A stretch of 64,000 nt of DNA from Marsupella aquatica (taxonomy: Eukaryota; Plantae; Marchantiophyta). Position 1 is the stretch's first letter, and each line of letters opens with the position of its first letter. The stretch is from the NCBI GenBank assembly GCA_973895155.1, contig OZ316901.1, positions 1-64,000 on the forward strand. The letters run 5' to 3'. This document shows, piece by piece, positions 23,512-36,700 of the stretch. The notes below the pieces were generated by a model, which worked only from the letters and a program-made list of their open reading frames with translations, searched no databases and had not been told where the DNA came from. Both the position numbers and the translations under genes were made by a program.

Positions 23512-23599
23512 GGAGAGATGGCCGAGTGGACGAAAGCGGCGGATTGCTAATCCGTTGTACAATCTATTTGTACCGAGGGTTCGAATCCCTCTCTCTCCG
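23512..23599 (+). tRNA. trnS-GCU: tRNA-Ser(GCU)
   Basis: GGAGAGA/TCTCTCC acceptor stem, GCGGA-TTGCTAA-TCCGT anticodon arm, long variable arm. Confidence 0.95.
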
Positions 23600-23637
23600 T
23601 TTACGAATAAAGAACATTTTATAAATTAAAATATTTT

Positions 23638-23799
<162 letters not shown>

Positions 23800-23825
23800 T
23801 TAAAATATTTATTTTTTAATATGCA

Positions 23826-23919
23826 CGGAGAAAAAGGGAGTTGAACCCCCCGTTAGTTTAAACCCCAAAACTAAAAAAAATTTCGAGACTGTCGCAATTA
23901 ATCACTCTGCCATTTCCCC
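23826..23919 (-). pseudogene. trnS-CGA: degenerate tRNA-Ser(CGA)-like sequence
   Basis: GGGGAAA/TTTCTCC-G acceptor stem, GCA/TGC D-stem, CTCGAAA loop, paired long variable arm, GGGGG-TTCAACT-CCCTT T-arm; the 3' strand of the anticodon stem is replaced by poly-T. Confidence 0.7.
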
Positions 23920-23938
23920 AAGAAATTGAATATTCATT

Positions 23939-24026
23939 ATTATTTGAATTATTTGAATGGTTTCGAGACCAACCCTACTAAGTTAAGTAGGGTTGGTCTC
24001 GAAACCATTCAAATAATTCAAATAAT
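23939..24026. repeat. 41-bp perfect inverted repeat with a 6-nt loop downstream of psbK
   Basis: ATTATTTGAATTATTTGAATGGTTTCGAGACCAACCCTACT-AAGTTA-reverse complement. Confidence 0.9.
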
Positions 24027-24031
24027 TCAAT

Positions 24032-24202
24032 TTATCGAAAACTTACAGAAGCTTGCCAAACAAAAGCTAAAAGAAAAAAAAACAAAGGTATTATTGGCAT
24101 TACATCCACAATTGGATCAGAAATAGCATAAGCTTCAGGTAATTTAGCGAAGATACAAAAAGCATTCGGATGGAACCCAGTTTCTAGATAAATATTAAAC
24201 AT
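24032..24202 (-). CDS. psbK: photosystem II protein K
   Basis: MFNIYLE...[39 protein letters not shown], 56 aa. Confidence 0.95.
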   Translation of the reverse strand: MFNIYLETGFHPNAFCIFAKLPEAYAISDPIVDVMPIIPLFFFLLAFVWQASVSFR

Positions 24203-24414
24203 AAATAAGATTTTGATTCCCAATATTATTACGAGAGTGGGATGGAAGATAGATAACAAAAACTACTAAGTATATCTTACTACAAGTTCGTTCAGCTTCA
24301 AAGTAGTTAGACTTTATTTCTCCATTTCATCAGCATACTTATTGAATATAATGATTGACAGGGATAAAAAAATACTGTTTCATTTGTACAAGTAAATGTA
24401 AAAAACATAAATGG

Positions 24415-24486
24415 TGGGGCGTCGCCAAGCGGTAAGGTAGCGGGTTTTGATCCCGTCATTCGGAGGTTCGAATCCTTCCGTCCCAG
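24415..24486 (+). tRNA. trnQ-UUG: tRNA-Gln(UUG)
   Basis: TGGGGCG...GCGGG-TTTTGAT-CCCGT...GGTTCGAATCC...TCCCAG. Confidence 0.94.
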
Positions 24487-24632
24487 AAAATATATTCAGT
24501 GAGTTTGCCAACATTAATAAAAATTATTATCTGATATAATATATGTATATTTTTCCCATTTATATTACGGCATGATTTCTACATTTTGGAATAGAAAAAA
24601 ACTAGATTATTGAAAAAAAGAGATTTTTATTT

Positions 24633-26174
24633 ATGAAATTAGCTTATTGGATGTATGCAGGACCTGCCCATATTGGAACTTCAAGAGTAGCGAGTTCTTT
24701 CAAAAATGTGCATGCTATTATGCATGCGCCTTTAGGAGATGATTATTTCAATGTTATGCGTTCCATGTTAGAACGAGAAAGAGATTTTACCCCCGTTACT
24801 GCTAGTATCGTAGATCGACATGTATTAGCTAGGGGATCCCAAGAAAAGGTAGTAGATAATATTTCTCGTAAGGATAAGCAGGAACGTCCGAATCTGATCG
24901 TGTTGACACCAACATGTACTTCGAGTATTTTACAGGAAGATTTACAAAATTTCGTGGATCGAGCTTCCACAATTTCTGATTCTGATGTTATACTTGCGGA
25001 TGTTAATCATTATCGAGTTAACGAACTTCAAGCAGCTGATAGAACATTGGAGCAAGTTGTACGATATTATTTGGATAAAGCTCGCCGACAAGGGACTCTG
25101 CAAGTATCTCTGACGGATGAGCCATCAGCAAATATAATAGGTATTTTTACATTGGGTTTTCATAATCAACATGATTGTCGCGAATTAAAACGTTTATTAA
25201 AAGATTTAGGCATTAAAATAAATCAAGTAATTCCTGAAGGAGGTTTTGTGGAAAATCTTCATCAATTACCAAAAGCTTGGTTCAATTTAGTACCTTATCG
25301 CGAAGTAGGCTTAATGACAGCAAAATACTTGGAAAAAGAATTTGGAATGTCTTATATATCTACAACGCCTATGGGAGTTGTCGATATAGCGAATTTCATT
25401 CGGCAAATAGAAGCACAAATAAATAAACTGTCTTCCGTTCGACCAACTCAAAAAGTTAATTATGAATTATATATTGATGAGCAAACCCGATTTATTTCGC
25501 AAGCTGCGTGGTTTTCGAGATCTATAGATTGTCAGAATCTGACGGGGAAAAAAGCTGTAGTTTTCGGCGACGCAACCCATGCTGCTTCCATCACAAAGAT
25601 TCTTGCTTGTGAAATGGGAATTCGTGTGAGTTGTGCAGGTACTTATTGTAAACATGACGAAGAATGGTTTAAGGAACAAGTTCAAAACTTTTGTGATGAA
25701 ATACTTGTAACCGATGATCATACAGAGGTTGGGGATATGATTGCGCGTATAGAACCTTCAGCCATTTTTGGGACCCAGATGGAACGTCATATTGGTAAAC
25801 GTCTCGATATTCCCTGCGGAGTTATTTCCTCACCAGTTCATATTCAAAATTTTACTTTGGGCTATCGACCTTTTCTAGGCTATGAGGGTACTAATCAAGT
25901 CGCAGATTTAGTTTATAATTCATTCACTTTGGGAATGGAAGATCATCTTCTAGAAATTTTTGGTGGTCATGATACTAAAGAAGTTATTACTAAATCTTTA
26001 TCCACAGATAGTGATTTAACCTGGAATTCGGAAAGTCAGTTGGAATTAAATAAAATTCCAGGTTTTGTTAGAGGTAAAATAAAAAGAAATACGGAAAAAT
26101 TTGCACGACAAAACGGTATTGTTAACATTACAGTGGAAACTATGTATGCGGCTAAGGAAGCGCTAAACGCTTAG
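24633..26174 (+). CDS. chlB: light-independent protochlorophyllide reductase subunit B
   Basis: 513 aa [15 protein letters not shown]...[18 protein letters not shown]. Confidence 0.97.
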   Translation: MKLAYWMYAGPAHIGTSRVASSFKNVHAIMHAPLGDDYFNVMRSMLERERDFTPVTASIVDRHVLARGSQEKVVDNISRKDKQERPNLIVLTPTCTSSILQEDLQNFVDRASTISDSDVILADVNHYRVNELQAADRTLEQVVRYYLDKARRQGTLQVSLTDEPSANIIGIFTLGFHNQHDCRELKRLLKDLGIKINQVIPEGGFVENLHQLPKAWFNLVPYREVGLMTAKYLEKEFGMSYISTTPMGVVDIANFIRQIEAQINKLSSVRPTQKVNYELYIDEQTRFISQAAWFSRSIDCQNLTGKKAVVFGDATHAASITKILACEMGIRVSCAGTYCKHDEEWFKEQVQNFCDEILVTDDHTEVGDMIARIEPSAIFGTQMERHIGKRLDIPCGVISSPVHIQNFTLGYRPFLGYEGTNQVADLVYNSFTLGMEDHLLEIFGGHDTKEVITKSLSTDSDLTWNSESQLELNKIPGFVRGKIKRNTEKFARQNGIVNITVETMYAAKEALNA

Positions 26175-26561
26175 CTTAGCCCAATTTACTTAAAAAATCA
26201 ATTATAGAGTTACAATCCTCGCAATTTCAGATTGGTGCTGTGCAAGAATCAATCCATAATGAGAGTGAGTTAATAATATATTCTAAAATTGTCGAATCGA
26301 TGATATTCATGGGAAAAACAATACTTAAGAAAAAAATCCAAATATATAATTATGAACCCTTCCATCGGTTTTATACAATTACTTTTTTATTATCCGGTTC
26401 TATCTCTATACATATATATATACTTAGTTGTTTTCATACCGAAAATGAATGCTATAAGCATAAATTATATTTATTCCCAAATTATATCGAAATTAGCGAT
26501 AAACAAAGAAAAGAATTTCTAGCAGGATAAGCATCTTTGATTGATGCAGTTTTGTAAACAT

Positions 26562-26603
26562 TTCATATATACCAATCCATATGTATGGATTGGTATATAT
26601 GAA
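26562..26603. repeat. 20-bp inverted repeat between chlB and trnK
   Basis: TTCATATATACCAATCCATA-TG-TATGGATTGGTATATATGAA. Confidence 0.8.
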
Positions 26604-26691
26604 TTGACAAAATGGATTGGCATCTATATAATCTGAAGTGTTTAATAGTTATTTCGTCTTATCATCTAATACGATTCAGTGAAAGCTAAAA

Positions 26692-28846
26692 GGGTTGCTA
26701 ACTCAATGGTAGAGTACTCGGCTTTTAAGTGCGACTTGGACTTTCTCACATGCAGATGAAATAGTAAATTCATCCAAACCTTTGACAAGGTTTGTAATAT
26801 AACGACTAATTCTAAAAGGAAACTTTTTGGGGAAAATAGCATGTCGTTTTCAATCAATTTAAAGTTAATGGATAAAGCTGAATTGCTTAAATCATAGGTA
26901 AATTAAGAACCAGCTTCTGTTTCAGAATCTTGTATCGAAACATTTTCTTTATACAAATAAATCAAGTTGTTAAAAGCTTTTTTGTATAGTCAATATATAG
27001 AGAAGAAATTCAACTATTTATAAATAGTTGGATTTTTTACCCACAATGAATCCTGAACACTCAAACAAATGTGTATAAATTACCCGTGTGCTGACTAAGT
27101 TAAATTTTTTTTACTAAGTCAGGAGAACAATCTTTTGAGTCAAAAAATTTATTTTTTGCTTCGGAACAGATTGAACCATGTATTATATTTATCATTCCCT
27201 ACCCTCAACTAGAAAATCTATATGGGTACCATCACGGAAATTTCTATAACTGGAAAGCTCGGAAAAATTAAAAGAAATAATTTTTGGAAAGAACACTTCT
27301 TATATCCAATTTTTTTCAAAGAAGATTTTCATGGAATTGCATATAATCATTTCGTGGACGACGGAAAATATCGAAAAAGAAAAGTTTATGGGTTTAATAA
27401 TAATTTTAATTTTTTAACTCTGAAACGTTTGATTAAAAAATTACGTCGATCAAACTATTTATGGATCCATTCTGATCCATTTACTGATAAATTTGAATTT
27501 GTTCAGGAAATTCTAAGAATTGTTTTCAATTTCATTTTTCCGATTGAATCCAAACTGATTATGAAAAAACCAACTGAATGGAATAGTAACCAATCGGTAC
27601 ATTCAATATTTCCTTTTATGGAAGACAAATTTGACAACTCGGCTATTTGTCTGGATATTACAATACCATACTTTCTCCATCCAGAAATTTTAATTCGTCT
27701 TCTTCGTCAACATATTTCAGATACTTCGTTCCCACATTTTCTGAGATTATTATTTCATCAAAGAGAAAATATAGCTTTTTTACCTTCAGAGTTTTCCTTA
27801 CGGAAAAATATATTTTATAACTTATTGTGGAATTTCCAAATTCATAAATTTGAATATTCGTTAATTTACATATGGAAACAAATTTACAATTTTCGATCCA
27901 CTTTATTTTGGTCTCTAACTGATCAGACTAATTTTGTACGAAAAATCAGAGATATTTCGCAACAGTCAGATAGTGAGCCTGTGGGTAAGATTATCGAAAA
28001 AACTTATTCGATTCATTATGCGAGACATCGAAATACTTTAATCGTAAATACAAATAGAAATTTAGATTTATTCATAAAAAATTGGAATATTTTTTTTCTC
28101 ATTTTTTGGGAAAAATATTACCGTTTATGGTTCGGACCCTCTCGAACAAGCATAAAAGATTTATCAAAAAAAGCTGTTTGTTTCGTTAGCTATCTTTTGT
28201 ATATCAAAAGCAAAAGTACACTAATTCAAATTCAATTGGTAAATAATTCAATCGATACAAATTTGATTACCAAAGAATTTTGTACTATTGTTCCTATTGT
28301 ATCATTAATTAGATTATTAGCTGAGGAAAAATTTTGTGATACTGCCGGACGTCCCATCTGTAGAGTATCGTGGACAACCTTCACAGATCATGAAATTTTT
28401 AGACGGTTCGATCAAATAATAAGAAATATTTTCTCATATTATAGCGGATCCGTGGATAGAAAAGGGTTATATCAATTACACTATATTCTTCGATTTTCCT
28501 GTGCCAAAACCTTAGCATGTAAACACAAAAGCACTATACGGACAGTTTGGAAAAAATATGGTTCAAACTTTGTCGAAAACTCAGTTTATTTGGAAAAACC
28601 ACAATGGATCTCGTGGCGTACCTACGAAAAAAAATTTTGGTATTTGAATATTATCCAAATAAATTATTTATCATTTTCACGAAAATCTGAGAGTGTGGGG
28701 GACTTCCGAAGATGAATAAAATACATGTAGAAAGCCGTATGCAATTAAAATTGCAGGTACGGTTTGGGAAGAGATTTTCATTAGTGATAAAAATGAATTA
28801 ATCTACTTCATCCGACTAGTTCCGGGTTCGATCCCCGGGCAACCCA
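26692..28846 (+). tRNA. trnK-UUU: tRNA-Lys(UUU) with a group IIA intron; exons 26692..26728 and 28812..28846
   Basis: GGGTTGCTAACTCAATGGTAGAGTACTCGGCTTTTAA|GTGCG ... CTTCAT|CCGACTAGTTCCGGGTTCGATCCCCGGGCAACCCA. Confidence 0.95.
27222..28715 (+). CDS. matK: intron maturase K
   Basis: 497-aa ORF inside the trnK intron; HFLYP, HSIFPFMEDK and domain X (LRFSCAKTLACKHKSTIR). Confidence 0.93.
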   Translation: MGTITEISITGKLGKIKRNNFWKEHFLYPIFFKEDFHGIAYNHFVDDGKYRKRKVYGFNNNFNFLTLKRLIKKLRRSNYLWIHSDPFTDKFEFVQEILRIVFNFIFPIESKLIMKKPTEWNSNQSVHSIFPFMEDKFDNSAICLDITIPYFLHPEILIRLLRQHISDTSFPHFLRLLFHQRENIAFLPSEFSLRKNIFYNLLWNFQIHKFEYSLIYIWKQIYNFRSTLFWSLTDQTNFVRKIRDISQQSDSEPVGKIIEKTYSIHYARHRNTLIVNTNRNLDLFIKNWNIFFLIFWEKYYRLWFGPSRTSIKDLSKKAVCFVSYLLYIKSKSTLIQIQLVNNSIDTNLITKEFCTIVPIVSLIRLLAEEKFCDTAGRPICRVSWTTFTDHEIFRRFDQIIRNIFSYYSGSVDRKGLYQLHYILRFSCAKTLACKHKSTIRTVWKKYGSNFVENSVYLEKPQWISWRTYEKKFWYLNIIQINYLSFSRKSESVGDFRR

Positions 28847-28883
28847 GAGCAAAAATTTGTTTCATTAAACATTTAAATATCAG

Positions 28884-28913
28884 TTGACATAACAATTTAA
28901 TTTGTGTAATACT
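28884..28913 (+). promoter_or_regulatory. psbA PEP promoter
   Basis: TTGACA at 28884-28889, followed by TGTG-TAATACT -10 region. Confidence 0.7.
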
Positions 28914-28958
28914 ATATTTAACAAGTTAAATTATTTGGGAAATTTCTTATTACTTTAA

Positions 28959-30035
<1,077 letters not shown>

Positions 30036-30097
30036 TACTTTAGCTAGATTCTAACCTTAAAGAAACTATAAATTTTTTAAGGGAAAGAAAAAACTAG

Positions 30098-30141
30098 AAA
30101 ATAATGATCCTTAAAACTTTATTTTTAAGGATCATTATTTT
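30098..30141 (+). terminator. psbA 3' stem-loop
   Basis: AAAATAATGATCCTTAAAA / TTTTAAGGATCATTATTTT. Confidence 0.75.
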
Positions 30142-30160
30142 GGTAAAGAGAGAATGAGGG

Positions 30161-30234
30161 GCGGACGTAGCCAAGTGGATTAAGGCAGTGGATTGTGGAT
30201 CCTCCATTCGCGGGTTCAATTCCCGTCGTTCGCC
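30161..30234 (+). tRNA. trnH-GUG: tRNA-His(GUG)
   Basis: (G)GCGGACG/CGTTCGC-C acceptor stem with encoded G-1; TTGTGGA loop. Confidence 0.94.
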
Positions 30235-30709
30235 CAAAATATACAGCTCTAGCTCTCTCTTTAATATGCAAAAATGTATTTTGCAAGTAATGACCCTCAT
30301 CAAACAGATTACATAAGATAAAATGTTTTAGGCTGGTTTTATAAAAAGCAGATTTTGGATGGATATTTGAAAAAAGTTTAATAAAATATCTATAGTTGTT
30401 TCAACGATAGGAAAATTGATGGACATAAAGGAATTAGTACAGTAACTAAATATAGAAAGAGTTTTTTTATTAGTTGACGTGAGCTTTTCTTTATGTCATT
30501 ATGAAAAGAGATAACCCATAGGTTAAAAGAATTTTCTAGTTGGTTTGAGAATATGGAAAGGATTATATAATATTTTTATATATTTAAAAAGAATACTTTT
30601 GATTTTCCGAATACTGTTTTGAAATCTTTCGGAGATAGAAATTATTTGTTCGAAATTTCAATAAAAAAATATATTTATTAGTAAAATCTCATGTAACTGT
30701 TGCAAAACA

Positions 30710-33700
30710 ATGAAACAAAAATTACCAGAAAAAAAATATTCATATAAAAACTTATATTTAGGTGAAACACGAAAAACTGAAATTTTATCAAATTCGTGGG
30801 CAAAATGTAGTTTAATCAAATTGTTAATTTCAAAATTTTTTGATAAAAAAATTGTTAATTTATTGAATTTCAAAATCATTACTTTATCCATTGATTTACG
30901 TAATTTGGGACGGAATTGTAATTTCATATTAAATGGTTTGATGTTGTTCACATTACCTGTATTTTTTTTTATATATCGTTCAAACACTACAAGCATTGTT
31001 GAAATTAGCAATTTCACTTTAGCAAAAGTTCATGGACAAAACCGTTTAGGCAAAAACTATATAGGTATCTACAAAAAATCTTTTCAAAATTTTAATCAAA
31101 AAATGGAAACTTTATTGCAGAATATCTTTCGTAGGAAAAAAAAACTATCTCGATATGAATCTTTCAATATTATTGTGCGTTTCAACAATAAAATGTTTTT
31201 TGGAAAAAGAAATAATTCGTTTGAGAAAGAAGTAAATGAGTTAATTTATAGTTCAGATTTTTCCAAAAACTTTTTAGATTATTATTCTACCACAAAAGAA
31301 AATCCAGATTATTTATCAGCTAGGAAGCAAATTCTTAAAAATTTAGAAAATTGGGGTGAATCTCCAGAAAGTTTAGTTAAATCTTCTTTTTTTCTAAGAA
31401 AAAAAGGAAATTTATATCTTTCGAACTATATGAAAATTCATTTATGGAAATTATTCACAAAGAATTCTCCTCAGTGTAATAGAATTGAACGAAAAATTTT
31501 TAAGGAAAAAAGTTTAAGCTATTTTTATATCGAACTGAATAATCCGAAATTATGTATAACCTTAGAAAATATTCTATCAGAGGCTATATATAAATTCTCT
31601 AAGTATCTGGCATATAAAATACGAGAATCTGATATTCAAATAGGAAATATTAATTTTTCGACCGAAAAAGTAGATAAAGATATTAACTTTTTTGATCGGG
31701 ATTCCGAAGAAAGAAATTTTCAATTTATCCATTTCAATTCATTTCAAAATTTGTATACTGATAATTATAATTTTAACTGGATAGATAGAATACTGTACTT
31801 GAAATATGCCGCAAATTCAAAGTCTATATTTGTAAAACGAACGTTTCCAAATAAAAATTTATTCTCAGTAAAAATTGGGATGAACTCCAATCATGACTTT
31901 TATAAAAAATTTTTAACTAATAACTATATCATAAATAATTTTTTTTCGAAACAAAGAATAGAAAAAATCAATCCTAATTTTTTGTTTTTTCCCGAACCGT
32001 TATTGATAGACGAATTTATACAAACTATTGTTTCAACGAAAATATTTACTAGATTTTCAAAAAATTTTCAAAAGATTAATCAGTTAAGAAATAATATCGA
32101 ATCTGACGATCTTGAAATAATTTCGTGGAAACTCCAAAAATATCATTCGAACTTCTTACAAAATTATTCTTTTCCTTTCAATTTTGCATATAGTATAATT
32201 TATCAAAATTCTCTTTTCAATAAAAAAATTTGGTATAAAGTAAAAAAAAAATATAATCGATTATTTGTAAAAATTTTGGGTTTACCATCACTTTTTTTGA
32301 AATTTAGAAAAAGTTTCTCATTAATGAGTTGTATTGGATTAAAGGAACATTTACTAATACAAACTAATAAATTAGATATAGTGATGGATCAGTCAAATGA
32401 AACTGAAGAAGATTCCATTTTTATGAGGAAAATATTAATAATATTTGGAAAAGGTAGTGCCACCTATAATAACGAAACCAAATCCATAAATGGTTATTAT
32501 ACTCGCTACAATAAATTATTGAAAAAAACTTTACCTTTAAAGATTTTAAATTCCGAAAATATCTACGGAAATAAAATATTCCATAGATACTCAATATCTT
32601 GGAAAAGATTTATTGGAAAAAGTTTCATTTATAATGTAAAAAATGTGAAGTATCCAAAATTAGGTTTTGATATTTTTTACTGTTTATATGGAATAAGAAA
32701 TTCATCAGAAATATGGGCCCCCCATAAATTAATTAAATTTTTTAAAGAATGTTTTCCAAATTCAGGTTCAGAAAATATTACTGAAATAGCTAATTCGCTA
32801 CAAATTTCTACTAATATTCGTAATAGTAATGTAGAGCAAAATGAGTTATTGACTCCAACTTTAATAGAAAATTTTAAACTTGGTGAAACAGACCCAAATA
32901 ATTCAGTGAATTACTTATTCAGTAATAAAATAATAAATGATGAAATCATCGGAGATTTTTTAAATGCATTTTCTACTAGGAATCACATTTTATTGGAATG
33001 GATAGGAAAAAAAAATATATTATTAAATTCGAATTATAAATTCCATTTTAATAATGCGTTAAAAAACTTCAAATCAAATTATGGGGAAAATTCTTTGTTT
33101 TATTGGGAAGAAAATGATACTGAAGATAACAAAATTATATATTCCCAGTTACTCAAAAATTTCTTCAAATATAAGAAATTGAATGATATTTTTATCCATA
33201 AAAGATATCTGTTTCTTGGAAAGGAAATCTCTCAGCTTGTTCAATTAAAATTAAATAAAATTTCAGTATTTAAAATATTTGAGAATAAACTGGATAAAAC
33301 AAAATTTCTATCTTTTTCAGATTTCCATAGAAAAATATTACAACAAACTAAGTTTGATTTTACGGAACGCGAACAAACAAAACTTGAAACTATATTTACT
33401 AATAAAGAATTGGAAACCAAGAAAATTAGCTTAGCCAATCTGAATAATGCAAAAATAGAAGGATATTATAACCTATTGCGGTTCGAATCTTCTACTGGTA
33501 GCGTAGAAACAAACAATTTTATTTTCCGATCGCTAAATAAAATTTATCTATCACCAAGTTTAAAATATTCAAAATTAAGAAATTTAGGAAACAGAATTCG
33601 AAAAAGAATATTGGTACGGACAGATGAAGTAGATAATAAATCTAATCAAATTGAATTTCTTCATTGTTTTGAGAGAGGTATTTCAGTCAAAGACAGTAGC

Positions 33701-36700
33701 CACATCGATTGGTTTTTTACGTATGAATGGTGGGAATATAGTCTTTATATATTCGGAGTAGGATTACGAAAACGCTTCGTAATAATTGGTTCTTATTTTG
33801 AATATTTCGTAAATAGTAATATGAAAATTATACGAAAAAATTTAGTAAATTTATACGGAGGGGGCAAAAATTTATATACTTTAGATTCAAGATGGAATTC
33901 ACGTCTTTTCTTCGATTGTGAGAAAGAAAATATATTAAATTTTTCATGGTCCGATTCCCACTCAATAAATAATTTCAATAATTTACATTGGGCTATCTTT
34001 AGCCTAATCGCTTTCGCTCTTTTATTCTACCAAAATTATTTCTCTATTTTTATAGGTTCGGATTCCGTTGGTTTATGGAAATATTTCGAAAATATAAAAT
34101 ATTTAACGGATACTTCACGAGCTTTTTATTTTACTGAATTATTACATCGTAATAAAACACAATCAAATAAAACAGAAAACTTACTAATTTATTTTTTTAG
34201 TAATTTGAAGCATTATGCAAAAAATATTCGATTTTATTTATCAACAAAGAGAGATTTGAATAATTGGTTAATAAACAATAAAAGTTTAGATCTTTCTCGT
34301 CGAAAACGAAACTTGTTAGTTCAATCTTTAATTACACATACACGAATAAAAGAATACGGATTTCAATCCTATTCTCAATCAAAAATATTAAATAATCAAT
34401 TATTTGGATACCGAAGAAACCCTCAACAAGGACTTTCCTATATTCGATATTTAAGTAGGATGTTCAAAAAAGATTTGATTAATTACTCATTGCATTTAGC
34501 AGATAAATGGATTTTTTTTGCTTCTCTACAAAAAATAATGTCTTCGCAAACCCTACAGCAAACAGAAAAATTTAATCAAAAATTTCAGAAAATACCAATA
34601 TCACTTCAATTAGGACTATCTTGTTCCAAAGGAATTTTATTGGTAGGTCCTACGGAAAGCGGGCGTTCCTATTTAATTAAAAATTTAGCAGCTGATTGTT
34701 CCGTTCCTTTATTCGGAATATCTATAAACAAACTTATGTATAATAAACCTGATGTTGTGACAGAAAGTTGGATGAATATATTAATAGAAAGTTTGCGTAG
34801 ATTAAATCTTACTTTGGATCTAGCAAAGGGGATGTCGCCATGTATAATCTGGATACGAAATATACATGAGTTGGATGTTAATCGATCAACCCAAAATACT
34901 GAATCGGATCCTACTTTTTCACCGGGTATTTTACTGAAACATTTCCAGACTAATTCTCTAGAAACTCGAACTAAGAACAATATAGTTATGATTGGTTCAA
35001 CTCATGTTCCAAAAAAAGTGGATCCATCTTTGATCTCGCCAGATCGGTTGGATAGAGTATTAAATATTCGGTTCTTGAATACTTATCAACGTCAAAATCA
35101 GTTTCCAATTTTACTAAATAAAAATAATCTTCAATTGAATAAGAATTTGTCATATTTCAATGAATTTGGGTCCAGGACTCTCGGATATAATATACGGGAT
35201 TTAGTAGCTATTAATAATGAAATTTCATTAATAAGTCTTACAAAAAATGAATCATTTGTTTGTAAGGATATAGTAAAATTAGCATTCCATAGACAAGTTT
35301 TTGGATTCAGCCATACAAATAATAAATCCAATTATAAGCAAAACTTTAAAATCTTACTTTATAGGATAGGTAGAGCAATTATACAAAATATTATGATAAA
35401 AGGTTCAACTACAAATCCTTTAAATATTAGTAATTATTTATGGAAAAAAAAATTTTACTATTTGTCCAAATGGTATTCAGAACCTTCTATGGATGAGTCA
35501 ATTATAAAAGAATCTACTATTTTAATTCATGTCTTAGTTTGCTTAGCTGGAGCAGCTGCTCGAGATTCTTGGGTTTTATTGGAAAAAAACTCTCATACTT
35601 CAATTTCTCTTGATAAATCAATTGAAAATGATTTAGATTTAGCTTTTAGTATTTTAGAAACTTTTTTTAGTGATTTTCCTCGGTTAGAAACATGTGAAAC
35701 TACATTTTTAAAATGTAGGGGGAAGAAACCAAAAATATTTTTAACCAGAAATTTCCTGAATATTATGCATAGCGGAATATCCGCCATAGCAGATAAAAAC
35801 ATTGTAAATACTCGAACCAACTCCCACTATGAATCCCTATTCTCGAGAAATAAAATTCTTAATCAAAAAATTTGCGAATTTGGAAATACTGCATGGTCAC
35901 CTAGATTTTGGCGGTTGAACTTTTCTCGAAGTCATCTATTTAATTGGATAAAAAAATTGAATGATTTTGAATCTTTGCATAGTTTGAGATTTTCGGAAAA
36001 AAGTAACGTAAGAAGAGGAAATCAACATGATCAAAGTATAAATAAGAAAAAAGAACAACTTTTTTATGAGAGAATCTTACCCAGAGTAAGAAAACGAAAT
36101 GTTGAAGAATTAGAATCTCAATTTGAAAATATTCTATTGGAGGAGCAATTTGAAATACTAGGTTTTTTTGGCTCATCGACACAGTACCATATGGAATATC
36201 GATTGGATAACAAACCAAAATTATTTATTGGAAAACGTATTCTCTGGGATCCCATAGCTTCATTTTCTAGAAATCCTCACTTTGTTTTTTCACGTCGGGA
36301 ATTCTTCGTAGATGAGGAAATGTTGAGAAGACTTTATATTACTTACGGAGTCAGAAGAGAACGAGAACGATCCCTCTCAAGTAATAGAATTAAACGATTT
36401 TTCATTTGTCGTGGATACAATAAAGATTTAATTAATAACCTATCAATTCGTTGGTGGAATCAATTACCGATTGATCAAAAACAGAATATTTATACATTAA
36501 AACGGATTGAAAAAGTAGGGATTCGATTAAAACGTCCTCAGATTTTTACTCCAGTCTATTTGTATCAACGCTGGTTAATCGAAAATATACCAGAAAAATT
36601 TTCTCGTCTCGACCTATTAACTCATCGAGATAGATGGATTAAAATAAATAAATTATTACTAGATGATTCTTTCACTTACAATATTCTTTTGGAGAGTTAT

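Noticed and set aside
23328-23624. 98-aa ORF between psaM and psbI
   Set aside because: Starts at GTG, runs through trnS-GCU and has no recognisable motif.
26175-26691. Possible rps16 remnant between chlB and trnK
   Set aside because: No rps16-like codons or group II intron motifs were seen; absence of rps16 is the usual liverwort state.
30209-30215. U:U mismatch in the trnH-GUG anticodon stem (GTGGA/TCCTC)
   Set aside because: As I recall, the same stem occurs in other non-seed-plant trnH genes; not treated as novel.
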